From contig CAYHTR010000003.1 of assembly GCA_964359745.1 (NCBI GenBank), positions 1 through 32,079 on the forward strand: DNA of 32,079 nucleotides, given 5' to 3'. The first letter of the stretch is position 1. Each line of letters starts with the position of its first letter. A model generated the notes under the pieces. It had not been told where the DNA came from. It was given only the letters and a program-made list of their open reading frames with translations, and did no database searches. Positions 15,326 through 24,486 of the stretch are shown in pieces. Position numbers and translations under genes: made by a program. Source of the stretch: an uncultured Candidatus Saccharibacteria bacterium (lineage in GTDB: Bacteria > Patescibacteriota > Minisyncoccia > Phycocordibacterales > PALSA-1337).

Positions 15326-15937
15326 GTGAAAGGTTTTACTCTAATAGAACTTCTAGTATCAATTTCCATATTCGCAATGGTTACAGGACTAGTGCTTGTG
15401 AAATACCAATCTTTTAATGGTGGAATTGTGTTGACTAATTTAGCTTATGAAATTGCTCTTACTATTCGTGAAGCTCAGACATACGGAATAAATGTTAAAG
15501 GACAATTAACTAATTTTAATTTATCATACGGAGTTCATTTTGATACTACCACAAACACATCTTTTACAATGTTTGCCGATAAGCAAGATATAAGTAATCC
15601 AGATCCGTATGGAATAAGTAAAGGAGATGGAAAATATGATGGCGGATCAGGTGGTAATGATATAAATGTTGATACTTTTATGTTAAAAAGAGGAATTGTA
15701 ATAAATAAATTTTGTGTGGGTGTGAGTCCTAGTGAAGTTTGTTCATCTTCAGGATCAAAACTTGATATCACTTTCAATCGTCCAGATCCATCGGCTATAA
15801 TTTGGCATTATGATGATTCAATTGGTTGGCAAAGCTATACTTCTGCTAGAATTCAAGTAATGGCGACTGGAAATAATGCAAAAAAGGATATAATTATCCA
15901 AAGTACTGGCCAAATATTAATTAAAGATGGACAATAA
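15326..15937 (+). CDS. Minor pilin / pseudopilin (GspH/FimT-like)
   Basis: GTG start. MKG/FTLIELLVSISIFAMV prepilin motif. 203 aa. Confidence 0.75.
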   Translation: MKGFTLIELLVSISIFAMVTGLVLVKYQSFNGGIVLTNLAYEIALTIREAQTYGINVKGQLTNFNLSYGVHFDTTTNTSFTMFADKQDISNPDPYGISKGDGKYDGGSGGNDINVDTFMLKRGIVINKFCVGVSPSEVCSSSGSKLDITFNRPDPSAIIWHYDDSIGWQSYTSARIQVMATGNNAKKDIIIQSTGQILIKDGQ

Positions 15938-16475
15938 AGATTTACAAAATAATAGAGGTTTTTCATTGATTGAAATTATGGTTTCTTTGGCGGTATTTAG
16001 TATTGTGGTGTTGGTAGCGGCAGGAGCTCTTCTTTCAATTATTGATGGAGCAAGAAAAACCCAAGCTCTCAAGTCTGTCATTAATAATCTTAATTTTGCT
16101 ATGGAAGATATATCTAGAAATTTAAGAGTGGGAACCGTTTATCATTGTGATGAAGGTAGTTTACCTCGTGATACAGCAAAATCATGCCCTAGTGGAGCTT
16201 TTTCTATTGTGTTTAAACCCTATAAAGGTGGACTAGCTACATATCGATTTAAGGATGGACATATTGAATTAGATGATGGTATAAACTCTGTCGCAATCAC
16301 TGCCCCAGAAGTAGTAATTACTAATACCAAATTTATTGTAACAGGAACTGATGCAGGTGATAATAAGCAACCAAAGATTTTAATGACAATTCAAGGATAT
16401 GCTGGAGTAAAATTGCGAGACCAGACCAATTTCAATTTACAAACAACAATAACCCAAAGAATTTTAGATTTTTAA
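15927..16475 (+). CDS. Minor pilin (prepilin-type N-terminal cleavage/methylation domain)
   Basis: MDNKDLQNNRG/FSLIEIMVSLAVFSIVV. 182 aa. 11-nt overlap with the upstream gene. Confidence 0.7.
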   Translation: MDNKDLQNNRGFSLIEIMVSLAVFSIVVLVAAGALLSIIDGARKTQALKSVINNLNFAMEDISRNLRVGTVYHCDEGSLPRDTAKSCPSGAFSIVFKPYKGGLATYRFKDGHIELDDGINSVAITAPEVVITNTKFIVTGTDAGDNKQPKILMTIQGYAGVKLRDQTNFNLQTTITQRILDF

Positions 16476-16476
16476 T

Positions 16477-16962
16477 ATGAAAGGATTTACACTTATAGAA
16501 ACATTAGTAGCCATAGCCATAATGATGCTCGCCATAGCAGGACCCCTTACCATTGCTCATAAAGCTGTGCAATCAGCTCTTTACGCTAAAGATCAGATTA
16601 CAGCTTATTATCTTGCTCAAGATGCAATAGAATTTGTTAGAAGTGTGCGAGATAATAATTTAATTGCCACAAACGCCGGTACGGTAACAGATTGGCTTAA
16701 TGGACTCAGTAATTGTGTTCTTCCTTTAAGTTGTATGATAAATACTATTACAGGATCAACAAATAATTCTGGACCTTTATTTTATGATAATGGTAAATAC
16801 TTATATGGTTCAGGAATACCTTCTAGTTTTACTCGTACGGTTAATATTGATAATGAAACAACAAATAATGCGTTAGTAAAAGTAATTGTATCGTGGGATA
16901 CTGGTTCTTTTACTCAAACATTTACGGTGCAAGAAAATATGATGAATATATTTATTCAATAA
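16477..16962 (+). CDS. Minor pilin (PilV/GspI-like)
   Basis: MKG/FTLIETLVAIAIMMLAI. 161 aa. Confidence 0.75.
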   Translation: MKGFTLIETLVAIAIMMLAIAGPLTIAHKAVQSALYAKDQITAYYLAQDAIEFVRSVRDNNLIATNAGTVTDWLNGLSNCVLPLSCMINTITGSTNNSGPLFYDNGKYLYGSGIPSSFTRTVNIDNETTNNALVKVIVSWDTGSFTQTFTVQENMMNIFIQ

Positions 16963-16965
16963 TCA

Positions 16966-19501
<2,536 letters not shown>

Positions 19502-19503
19502 GA

Positions 19504-19532
19504 AAAAACCAAACACCGAGTGTTTGGTTTTT
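19504..19532. terminator. Bidirectional intrinsic terminator between ligA and the convergent 119-aa gene
   Basis: AAAAACCAAACAC-CGA-GTGTTTGGTTTTT. The 8-bp core CCAAACAC/GTGTTTGG is flanked by an A-run and a T-run. Confidence 0.65.
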
Positions 19533-19535
19533 ATT

Positions 19536-19895
19536 TCATCCTCGCAAGGCGAGGATTGCATTTCTTTCGTAATTAATTGCCTCAAGGACTTTTCTTTGAA
19601 ATGATTTTTCTGTTAAAAAACGGTTCAAGATAACGACCGCGATATGTGTTCTTGAATTTCCGTGTTTACCAAGGAACTTTTTCATTCCATAATACGAACT
19701 CTTTATCTGAAAGAAGAGTTGTCCTATGTCGGTCTCAAGGACGATATCAATACCTCTACTATCCTCCTCTTTAGTTGCCAATCGAGCTGAATAAATCCAT
19801 TCCAATTTTGCAGAAATAATAACATCAAGTGCTCTCTCTTCATTTCTATGTCCTTGCTCCAGTTCAAGCTGACTGAATATTTGTGTAACATTCAT
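19536..19895 (-). CDS. Small hypothetical protein with a PD-(D/E)XK-like motif arrangement (Hjc/DUF4365-like)
   Basis: 119 aa. It has a strong SD (GGAGG, 7 nt from the ATG) and its own promoter. The motif order is GHRNEERA ... RGIDIVLETD ... FFQIKSS, that is E ... D ... QxK. Confidence 0.5.
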   Translation of the reverse strand: MNVTQIFSQLELEQGHRNEERALDVIISAKLEWIYSARLATKEEDSRGIDIVLETDIGQLFFQIKSSYYGMKKFLGKHGNSRTHIAVVILNRFLTEKSFQRKVLEAINYERNAILALRG

Positions 19896-19902
19896 CTTTC
19901 TG

Positions 19903-19948
19903 CCTCCTTTCTGTTTGAAACATTAACATTATTTACTTTTCTCGTCAA
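19903..19948 (-). promoter_or_regulatory. Promoter and SD of the 119-aa gene
   Basis: On the minus strand: TTGACG (19948-19943), 17-nt spacer, TAATGT (19925-19920), then AAAGGAGG (GGAGG at 19907-19903) 7 nt before the ATG at 19895. Confidence 0.45.
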
Positions 19949-19973
19949 ACCTGCCTGCTCGGTAGGCAGGTGA

Positions 19974-20025
19974 TTGGATAAAAATGAAATTTGAATTATA
20001 ATAGCAAATATGATAATCATTATTG
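19974..20025 (+). promoter_or_regulatory. Promoter of the ZIP gene with an overlapping Fur/Zur-box-like palindrome
   Basis: TTGGAT (19974-19979), 17-nt spacer, TATAAT (19997-20002), 7 nt, ATG (20010). TGATAAT-C-ATTATTG (20011-20025) matches the 7-1-7 Fur consensus TGATAAT-N-ATTATCA at 13 of 15 positions. Confidence 0.35.
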
Positions 20026-20708
20026 CTTTTGCCACATTTATTTCCACTCTTATTGGTGGTTTATGTGCTTTACATTTCAAGGACAAACTTCATTTGGTTT
20101 TGGGTTTTAGCGCTGGAGCGGTGATTGGTGTAGCTTTTTTTGATCTTATTCCAGAATCGCTGGAGTTAGGAAATAAATTTTATTCATATGGTGCAATTAT
20201 GACTTTTGTAGCTCTTGGTTTTGTGATTTATCTCATTCTTGATAGAATAATTTTTCTTCATAATCATTCGGAAGGACGAAGTATTTTAGGAGCAGGAAGT
20301 TTATCTTTGCACAGTTTTTTAGATGGTGTAGCTATAGGACTTGCATTTCAAGTTTCAACAGCTATCGGTGCGATTGTGGCGGTTGCGGTACTAGTCCATG
20401 ATTTTTCTGATGGTATAAATACAGTTAATCTTATTTTAAGAAATAACGGAGAAAGCAATCGTGCTTTTAAATGGCTTATTATTGATGCTATTGCTCCAGT
20501 GCTTGGTGTAGTGTTGACACTTTTTTTTACAGTTCCAGAACAAGCCTTGAGCGTGATTTTAGCTTTATTTTCAGGATTTTTTCTTTACATTGGTGCAAGT
20601 GACCTCATTCCAGAAAGTCACCATGCTCATCCGAAGTTTTTAACTACAATAATGACACTCATTGGTGTAGCGGTTCTATATATAGCCATAAAACTAGCTG
20701 GTGTTTAA
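20010..20708 (+). CDS. ZIP-family divalent metal transporter
   Basis: 232 aa polytopic protein. His-rich loop (HNHSEGR), the conserved LVHDFSDGINT and SDLIPESHH motifs of ZIP/ZupT-like permeases. Confidence 0.85.
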   Translation: MIIIIAFATFISTLIGGLCALHFKDKLHLVLGFSAGAVIGVAFFDLIPESLELGNKFYSYGAIMTFVALGFVIYLILDRIIFLHNHSEGRSILGAGSLSLHSFLDGVAIGLAFQVSTAIGAIVAVAVLVHDFSDGINTVNLILRNNGESNRAFKWLIIDAIAPVLGVVLTLFFTVPEQALSVILALFSGFFLYIGASDLIPESHHAHPKFLTTIMTLIGVAVLYIAIKLAGV

Positions 20709-20714
20709 CATTAT

Positions 20715-22019
20715 ATGACCCAACAAGATGCACTTGATATTTTGAAAATGGGACATAATGTTTATTTGACGGGCTCGGCGGGAAGCGGAAAAACTTATGT
20801 TTTAAATCAATATATTAAATATTTAAAATCAAATGGCGTTGGTGTTGGCGTTACAGCTTCTACAGGTATTGCCGCTACTCATATGAATGGCACAACAATT
20901 CACTCTTGGACCGGTATTGGCATTAAAGATTTTCTTTCAGAATATGACATTGATCGTATTGAACAAAAAAAATATCTATGGAACCATTTTAAAAATACTA
21001 AAGTTTTGATTATTGATGAAATTTCAATGCTTGAAGCGGATCGACTTGATATGGTGGAACGAATTTGTAGAGTATTCAAGAGGAATAAAGCGCCGTTTGG
21101 GGGAATGCAGATTGTCCTATGTGGAGATTTTTTTCAATTACCACCTATTTCAAGAAGTCAAAAAGCAGAACCTGTACACAATTCAAGAGCTTGGAAAAAT
21201 TCTGAAATAAAAGTTTGTTACTTACACGAACAACATCGTCAATCTGATGATGATTTTACAAAATTCTTGAATCATATTCGTGCAGGAAAGGTAACCAGCG
21301 AATTAAAAGCTCTTCTGGAAGAGAGAATGAATGTAGAACTTGATATGGCGCCAAAACTTTACACTCATAATGTTGATGTTGATTCAATAAATGATGATGA
21401 ACTTAGCAAATTAGATGGTGAAATAGAAACATTTACTATGACCAGTAGAGGATCGGCGAATCTTGTGGAAAGTATTAAAAAAAGTTGTTTGGCACCAGAA
21501 AGATTACATCTTAAAAAAGGAGCAAGCGTTATGTTTGTGAAAAATAATTATGAATTGGATTATGTTAATGGAACACTTGGAAAAATAATGGATTTCAAAG
21601 ATAACAAGCCAGTAGTCAAGACAGTTTCTGGAAGAAAAATTACTGTTGATAGAGAAAAGTGGATTATAGAGGAAGATGGTAAAATAAAAGCGGGAATTGA
21701 ACAGATTCCGCTTCGTCTGGCTTGGGCTATTACTGTGCATAAAAGCCAGGGAATGAGTCTGGATAAGGCGGAAATTGACCTTTCAAAATCATTTGTGCCT
21801 GGACAAGGATATGTGGCTCTTTCGCGAGTGCGAACTCTGTCTGGTTTAAAATTAGTTGGTTTTAATGATATGGCACTTATGATTGATAAAGATGCTCTTG
21901 CTTTTGACCGTATTCTTAAAGAAAATTCAATGACTTCTAGAAATTATATCGATTCTTTTTCTGCAGAAGAAAAAAAGTTTATACACGAAGCGTTTATAAT
22001 AAAATCTGGTGGTAAATAA
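20715..22019 (+). CDS. PIF1/RecD-like SF1B DNA helicase
   Basis: 434 aa. Walker A GSAGSGKTY, VLIIDEISMLEAD, GDFFQLPPI, and the C-terminal AITVHKSQGMSLD...YVALSRVR motif. Confidence 0.85.
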   Translation: MTQQDALDILKMGHNVYLTGSAGSGKTYVLNQYIKYLKSNGVGVGVTASTGIAATHMNGTTIHSWTGIGIKDFLSEYDIDRIEQKKYLWNHFKNTKVLIIDEISMLEADRLDMVERICRVFKRNKAPFGGMQIVLCGDFFQLPPISRSQKAEPVHNSRAWKNSEIKVCYLHEQHRQSDDDFTKFLNHIRAGKVTSELKALLEERMNVELDMAPKLYTHNVDVDSINDDELSKLDGEIETFTMTSRGSANLVESIKKSCLAPERLHLKKGASVMFVKNNYELDYVNGTLGKIMDFKDNKPVVKTVSGRKITVDREKWIIEEDGKIKAGIEQIPLRLAWAITVHKSQGMSLDKAEIDLSKSFVPGQGYVALSRVRTLSGLKLVGFNDMALMIDKDALAFDRILKENSMTSRNYIDSFSAEEKKFIHEAFIIKSGGK

Positions 22020-22066
22020 CAACTGTGGATAACTTTTATTTAAATAGGTTTATACTTAATAAGTAT

Positions 22067-22309
22067 ATGAATAAAAAACTTGATGTTGTGATTGTAATTA
22101 TTATAATTATTTGTGTTGTGGGATATTTCGTTTGGTTTAATAAAGGGTCTGATAAAAGTTCTGTTAGCACGACTGTTAATGCAACCACTGAAGCAAATAA
22201 AAAAGCTGCGGCTCAGTCGATTAATCCTTTCAACACCAAGACCACAAATCCCCTTAATAATGTTGAGACGAATCCGCTTAATAAAGTAAAAGTTAATCCA
22301 TTTCAATAA
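22067..22309 (+). CDS. Small bitopic protein with a C-terminal NP(F/L) octapeptide repeat
   Basis: ATG at 22067 gives MNKKLDVVIVIIIIICVVGYFVWF (TM). The tail is INPFNTKT-TNPLNNVE-TNPLNKVK-VNPFQ. The track start at 22025 is GTG and seems less likely. Confidence 0.5.
   Translation: MNKKLDVVIVIIIIICVVGYFVWFNKGSDKSSVSTTVNATTEANKKAAAQSINPFNTKTTNPLNNVETNPLNKVKVNPFQ
22223..22306 (+). repeat. 3.5 tandem copies of a 24-bp coding repeat (AATCCnyTyAAyAA...)
   Basis: Units begin with AATCC at 22223, 22247, 22271 and 22295 and encode the NP(F/L) octapeptides. Confidence 0.7.
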
Positions 22310-22311
22310 TT

Positions 22312-23472
22312 ATGAAACGCAATATATTTATTATCGCTTTGTTTTTTGTGGCGACAATCGTTTATGCTGATAATGTTACTTTTCCAGTAGCCGAATTAGA
22401 TAATTGTACTGATAAAGAAAGTTGCAAAGCCTATTGTGATACGAAAGGAAACGAAAATCAATGTTTGGATTTTGCTCAAAAACAAGGACTTATGTCGTCA
22501 TCCGAGATTGCGCAAGCAAAGAAATTTATAGGAGAAACTGGGCCTGGGGGATGTAAAGGTAATGAATGTAAAACTTATTGTAATAATGGTACTCATGTTG
22601 ATGAATGTACAGATTTTGCAGTAAAAAAAGGTTTTATATCTCAAGATGATGCAAATCGTGCCAAAAAATTCCAAAAAGCTATAGAAACAGGCGGTCCAGG
22701 CGGATGTCAAAAAGATACTTGTAAACAATATTGTGCAACTGAAGCAAATCACGATGAATGTTTTCAATTTGCTCAAAAAAATGGTTTAGTTCCAGCTGAA
22801 GAAGTCGCTCGTTTTGAGCAAGGTCAAAAAATCAAAGAAAAAATAAAAACATCCGGCGGTCCAGGCGGATGTAAGGAGGAAGGTCAATGTCGTAATTATT
22901 GTGGCGATGCGGGTCATGTGGAAGAATGTATCGCTTTTGCAAGTGCTAGTGGAGGTTTATCGCCAGAAGAAGCTCGTAGTAAACTTCAAGAATTTTCAAA
23001 ACAAATTAAACAATTTGACCAACCAAATGATAATCAAATGATTCCTTTAGATGGAAAAATGAATCCTCTGGAAAATGATGCAACTAGATTGGAACAGTTC
23101 AAAAAATTTGAAGAACAATTTAAAAATAATGCAGAAAGACAACAGTTTATGAAAGAACGCATACAACCAACAGATTCAGAAAAAAATATGATGCCACAGA
23201 ACATGACACCACAAATGCAAGATCAAATGAGAAATATGTCTCAAGATATGCAGAAAAATGATCAAGATAAAATGCGTATGCCATATCAGCAACAACAAAT
23301 GCCACAAGGTATGACTTCGCAGATGCAAGAACAAATGAAACAAATACAACAGCAGATGCCTCAAAATATGCCAAGTATGCAAAGCATGCCTAGTATGCCA
23401 CAAAGTAATAACAATTTTGAACCCCCCTTCAGTGCCTCAATTCTTGACGCATTTCATTATCTCGTAAGATAA
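22312..23472 (+). CDS. Secreted protein: four Cys4 repeat modules plus a Met/Gln/Pro-rich tail
   Basis: Signal peptide MKRNIFIIALFFVATIVYA. Four ~50-aa repeats carry (G)GPGGC-x4-5-C-x3-C-x8-C..FA-x-K-x-G (Cys at aa 32/38/42/51, 81/86/90/99, 132/137/141/150, 187/193/197/206). The tail at aa ~280-365 is rich in M-x-x-Q-M / MPQ motifs. Confidence 0.7.
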   Translation: MKRNIFIIALFFVATIVYADNVTFPVAELDNCTDKESCKAYCDTKGNENQCLDFAQKQGLMSSSEIAQAKKFIGETGPGGCKGNECKTYCNNGTHVDECTDFAVKKGFISQDDANRAKKFQKAIETGGPGGCQKDTCKQYCATEANHDECFQFAQKNGLVPAEEVARFEQGQKIKEKIKTSGGPGGCKEEGQCRNYCGDAGHVEECIAFASASGGLSPEEARSKLQEFSKQIKQFDQPNDNQMIPLDGKMNPLENDATRLEQFKKFEEQFKNNAERQQFMKERIQPTDSEKNMMPQNMTPQMQDQMRNMSQDMQKNDQDKMRMPYQQQQMPQGMTSQMQEQMKQIQQQMPQNMPSMQSMPSMPQSNNNFEPPFSASILDAFHYLVR

Positions 23473-23480
23473 TAGGCATT

Positions 23481-24308
23481 ATGCCTGATAAATACACTGC
23501 GACTTGGGTATCACACTCATCAATGGGGGATTTTTTAAAATGTCCTAGAGCTTATTTTTTGCATAATGTTTACAAAAATCCTAATACTGGAAGAAAAATA
23601 AATATAATAAGCCCCTCGCTAGCGCTCGGGGCCGCAATCCACGAAGTTTTGGAGAATTTAAATAATTTTAGTGTGGAAGAAAGAATGAATCATTGTAATT
23701 TGGAAAGATTAGAAAACGCTTGGACGAAAGTTTCAGGAAAAAAAGGAGGATTTAAAAATGAAGATGAAGAAACACAGGTAAAAAATCGAGCTAAAGAAAT
23801 GATTAAGCGAGTAATGAATAATCCCGGTATTCTTGCTAAAAAAGCTATAAAAATGAAACAGGATTTGCCTAATTATTTTCTATCAGAAGATGAAAATATA
23901 ATTCTTTGTGGAAAAATTGACTGGTTATCGTATATTCCGGAAGATGATAGCATACATGTTCTAGATTTTAAGACAGGGAAACATGGTGAAAATGAAGATT
24001 CGCTTCAATTGCCTATTTATCAATTGCTTTTGAAAAATTTGCAAAAAAGAAAAGTTAGCGGAGCAAGTTATTGGTATTTGGATCGTGATAATGAACCAAT
24101 TTCCGTAAATTTGCCGTCAGTGGATGACTCATATAATCGTGTTATTGAAATTGCAAGAAAGGTAAAATCAGCGCGAGAATCAAAAACATTTATTTGTCCA
24201 AAAGGAGGAAAAGGTTGCTTTGCTTGCCAGCCATTTGAAAAAATTCTCACTGGCGACGCTTTCTATGTTGGTGTTGGGGAATATAATCAAGATTTGTATA
24301 TGATATAA
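23481..24308 (+). CDS. PD-(D/E)XK nuclease with a Cas4/AddB-type four-Cys cluster
   Basis: 275 aa. N-terminal SMGDFLKCPRAYFL, GAAIHEVLE, GKIDWLSY...IHVLDFKTGK (D...D-x-K), QLPIYQLLL, and C-terminal CPKGGKGCFAC. Confidence 0.8.
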   Translation: MPDKYTATWVSHSSMGDFLKCPRAYFLHNVYKNPNTGRKINIISPSLALGAAIHEVLENLNNFSVEERMNHCNLERLENAWTKVSGKKGGFKNEDEETQVKNRAKEMIKRVMNNPGILAKKAIKMKQDLPNYFLSEDENIILCGKIDWLSYIPEDDSIHVLDFKTGKHGENEDSLQLPIYQLLLKNLQKRKVSGASYWYLDRDNEPISVNLPSVDDSYNRVIEIARKVKSARESKTFICPKGGKGCFACQPFEKILTGDAFYVGVGEYNQDLYMI

Positions 24309-24420
24309 AAAATAAAACCCTCTGAAGTTCTGAACTTCAGAGGGTAAGGTGTGGATAGAATCCAAACCTTATCGCCGGACTGACTACCTGAGGAGGAACT
24401 TGTCAACCCGATGTTGACGT
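24307..24420 (-). ncRNA. Candidate ~110-nt small RNA (orphan promoter-to-terminator unit, no ORF)
   Basis: Predicted minus-strand RNA: ACGUCAACAUCGGGUUGAC (5' hairpin 24418-24402), then a single-stranded AAGUUCCUCCUCAGGUAGUCAGUCCGGCGAU. Hairpin 2 is AAGGUuUGGA-UUCUA-UCCAcACCUU (24370-24346). The terminator is CCCUCUGAAGUU-CAG-AACUUCAGAGGG (24344-24318) plus UUUUAUUUUUU. It contains no ATG or GTG. Confidence 0.45.
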
Positions 24421-24425
24421 CTACC

Positions 24426-24453
24426 AGTATAGCAAACCTGTTAATTGTGTCAA
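24426..24453 (-). promoter_or_regulatory. Near-consensus sigma70 promoter on the minus strand driving the candidate sRNA
   Basis: On the minus strand: TTGACA (24453-24448), 16-nt spacer ending in TGc (extended -10), then TATACT (24431-24426). Confidence 0.5.
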
Positions 24454-24486
24454 GCTTTTGTTATAATTATAAATATCTAGCGATTA

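Noticed and set aside
19892-20086. 64-aa minus-strand ORF spanning the divergent promoter region and the ZIP gene start.
   Set aside because: It overlaps two predicted promoters and the 5' end of the ZIP gene, and it would overlap the start of the 119-aa gene. This is most likely a chance open frame.
24307-24420. Whether the candidate sRNA is the SRP (4.5S) RNA, because of a ...CAGGUAGUCAGUCCGG... stretch.
   Set aside because: The conserved helix-8 features are absent: no GGAA/GNRA tetraloop closed by UCC/GGA and no 3' AGCAGC motif. The 5' and 3' ends also do not pair into a single long hairpin.
24411-24486. A longer DedA-PAP2 isoform starting at ATG 24411 (track start). Similarly TTG 13041, GTG 22025 and TTG 17498 for other genes.
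   Set aside because: The extensions add atypical N-termini. Downstream ATGs give canonical N-termini: a 6-aa prepilin leader, the DedA start, and the LigA start. These are kept as alternatives, not as separate features.
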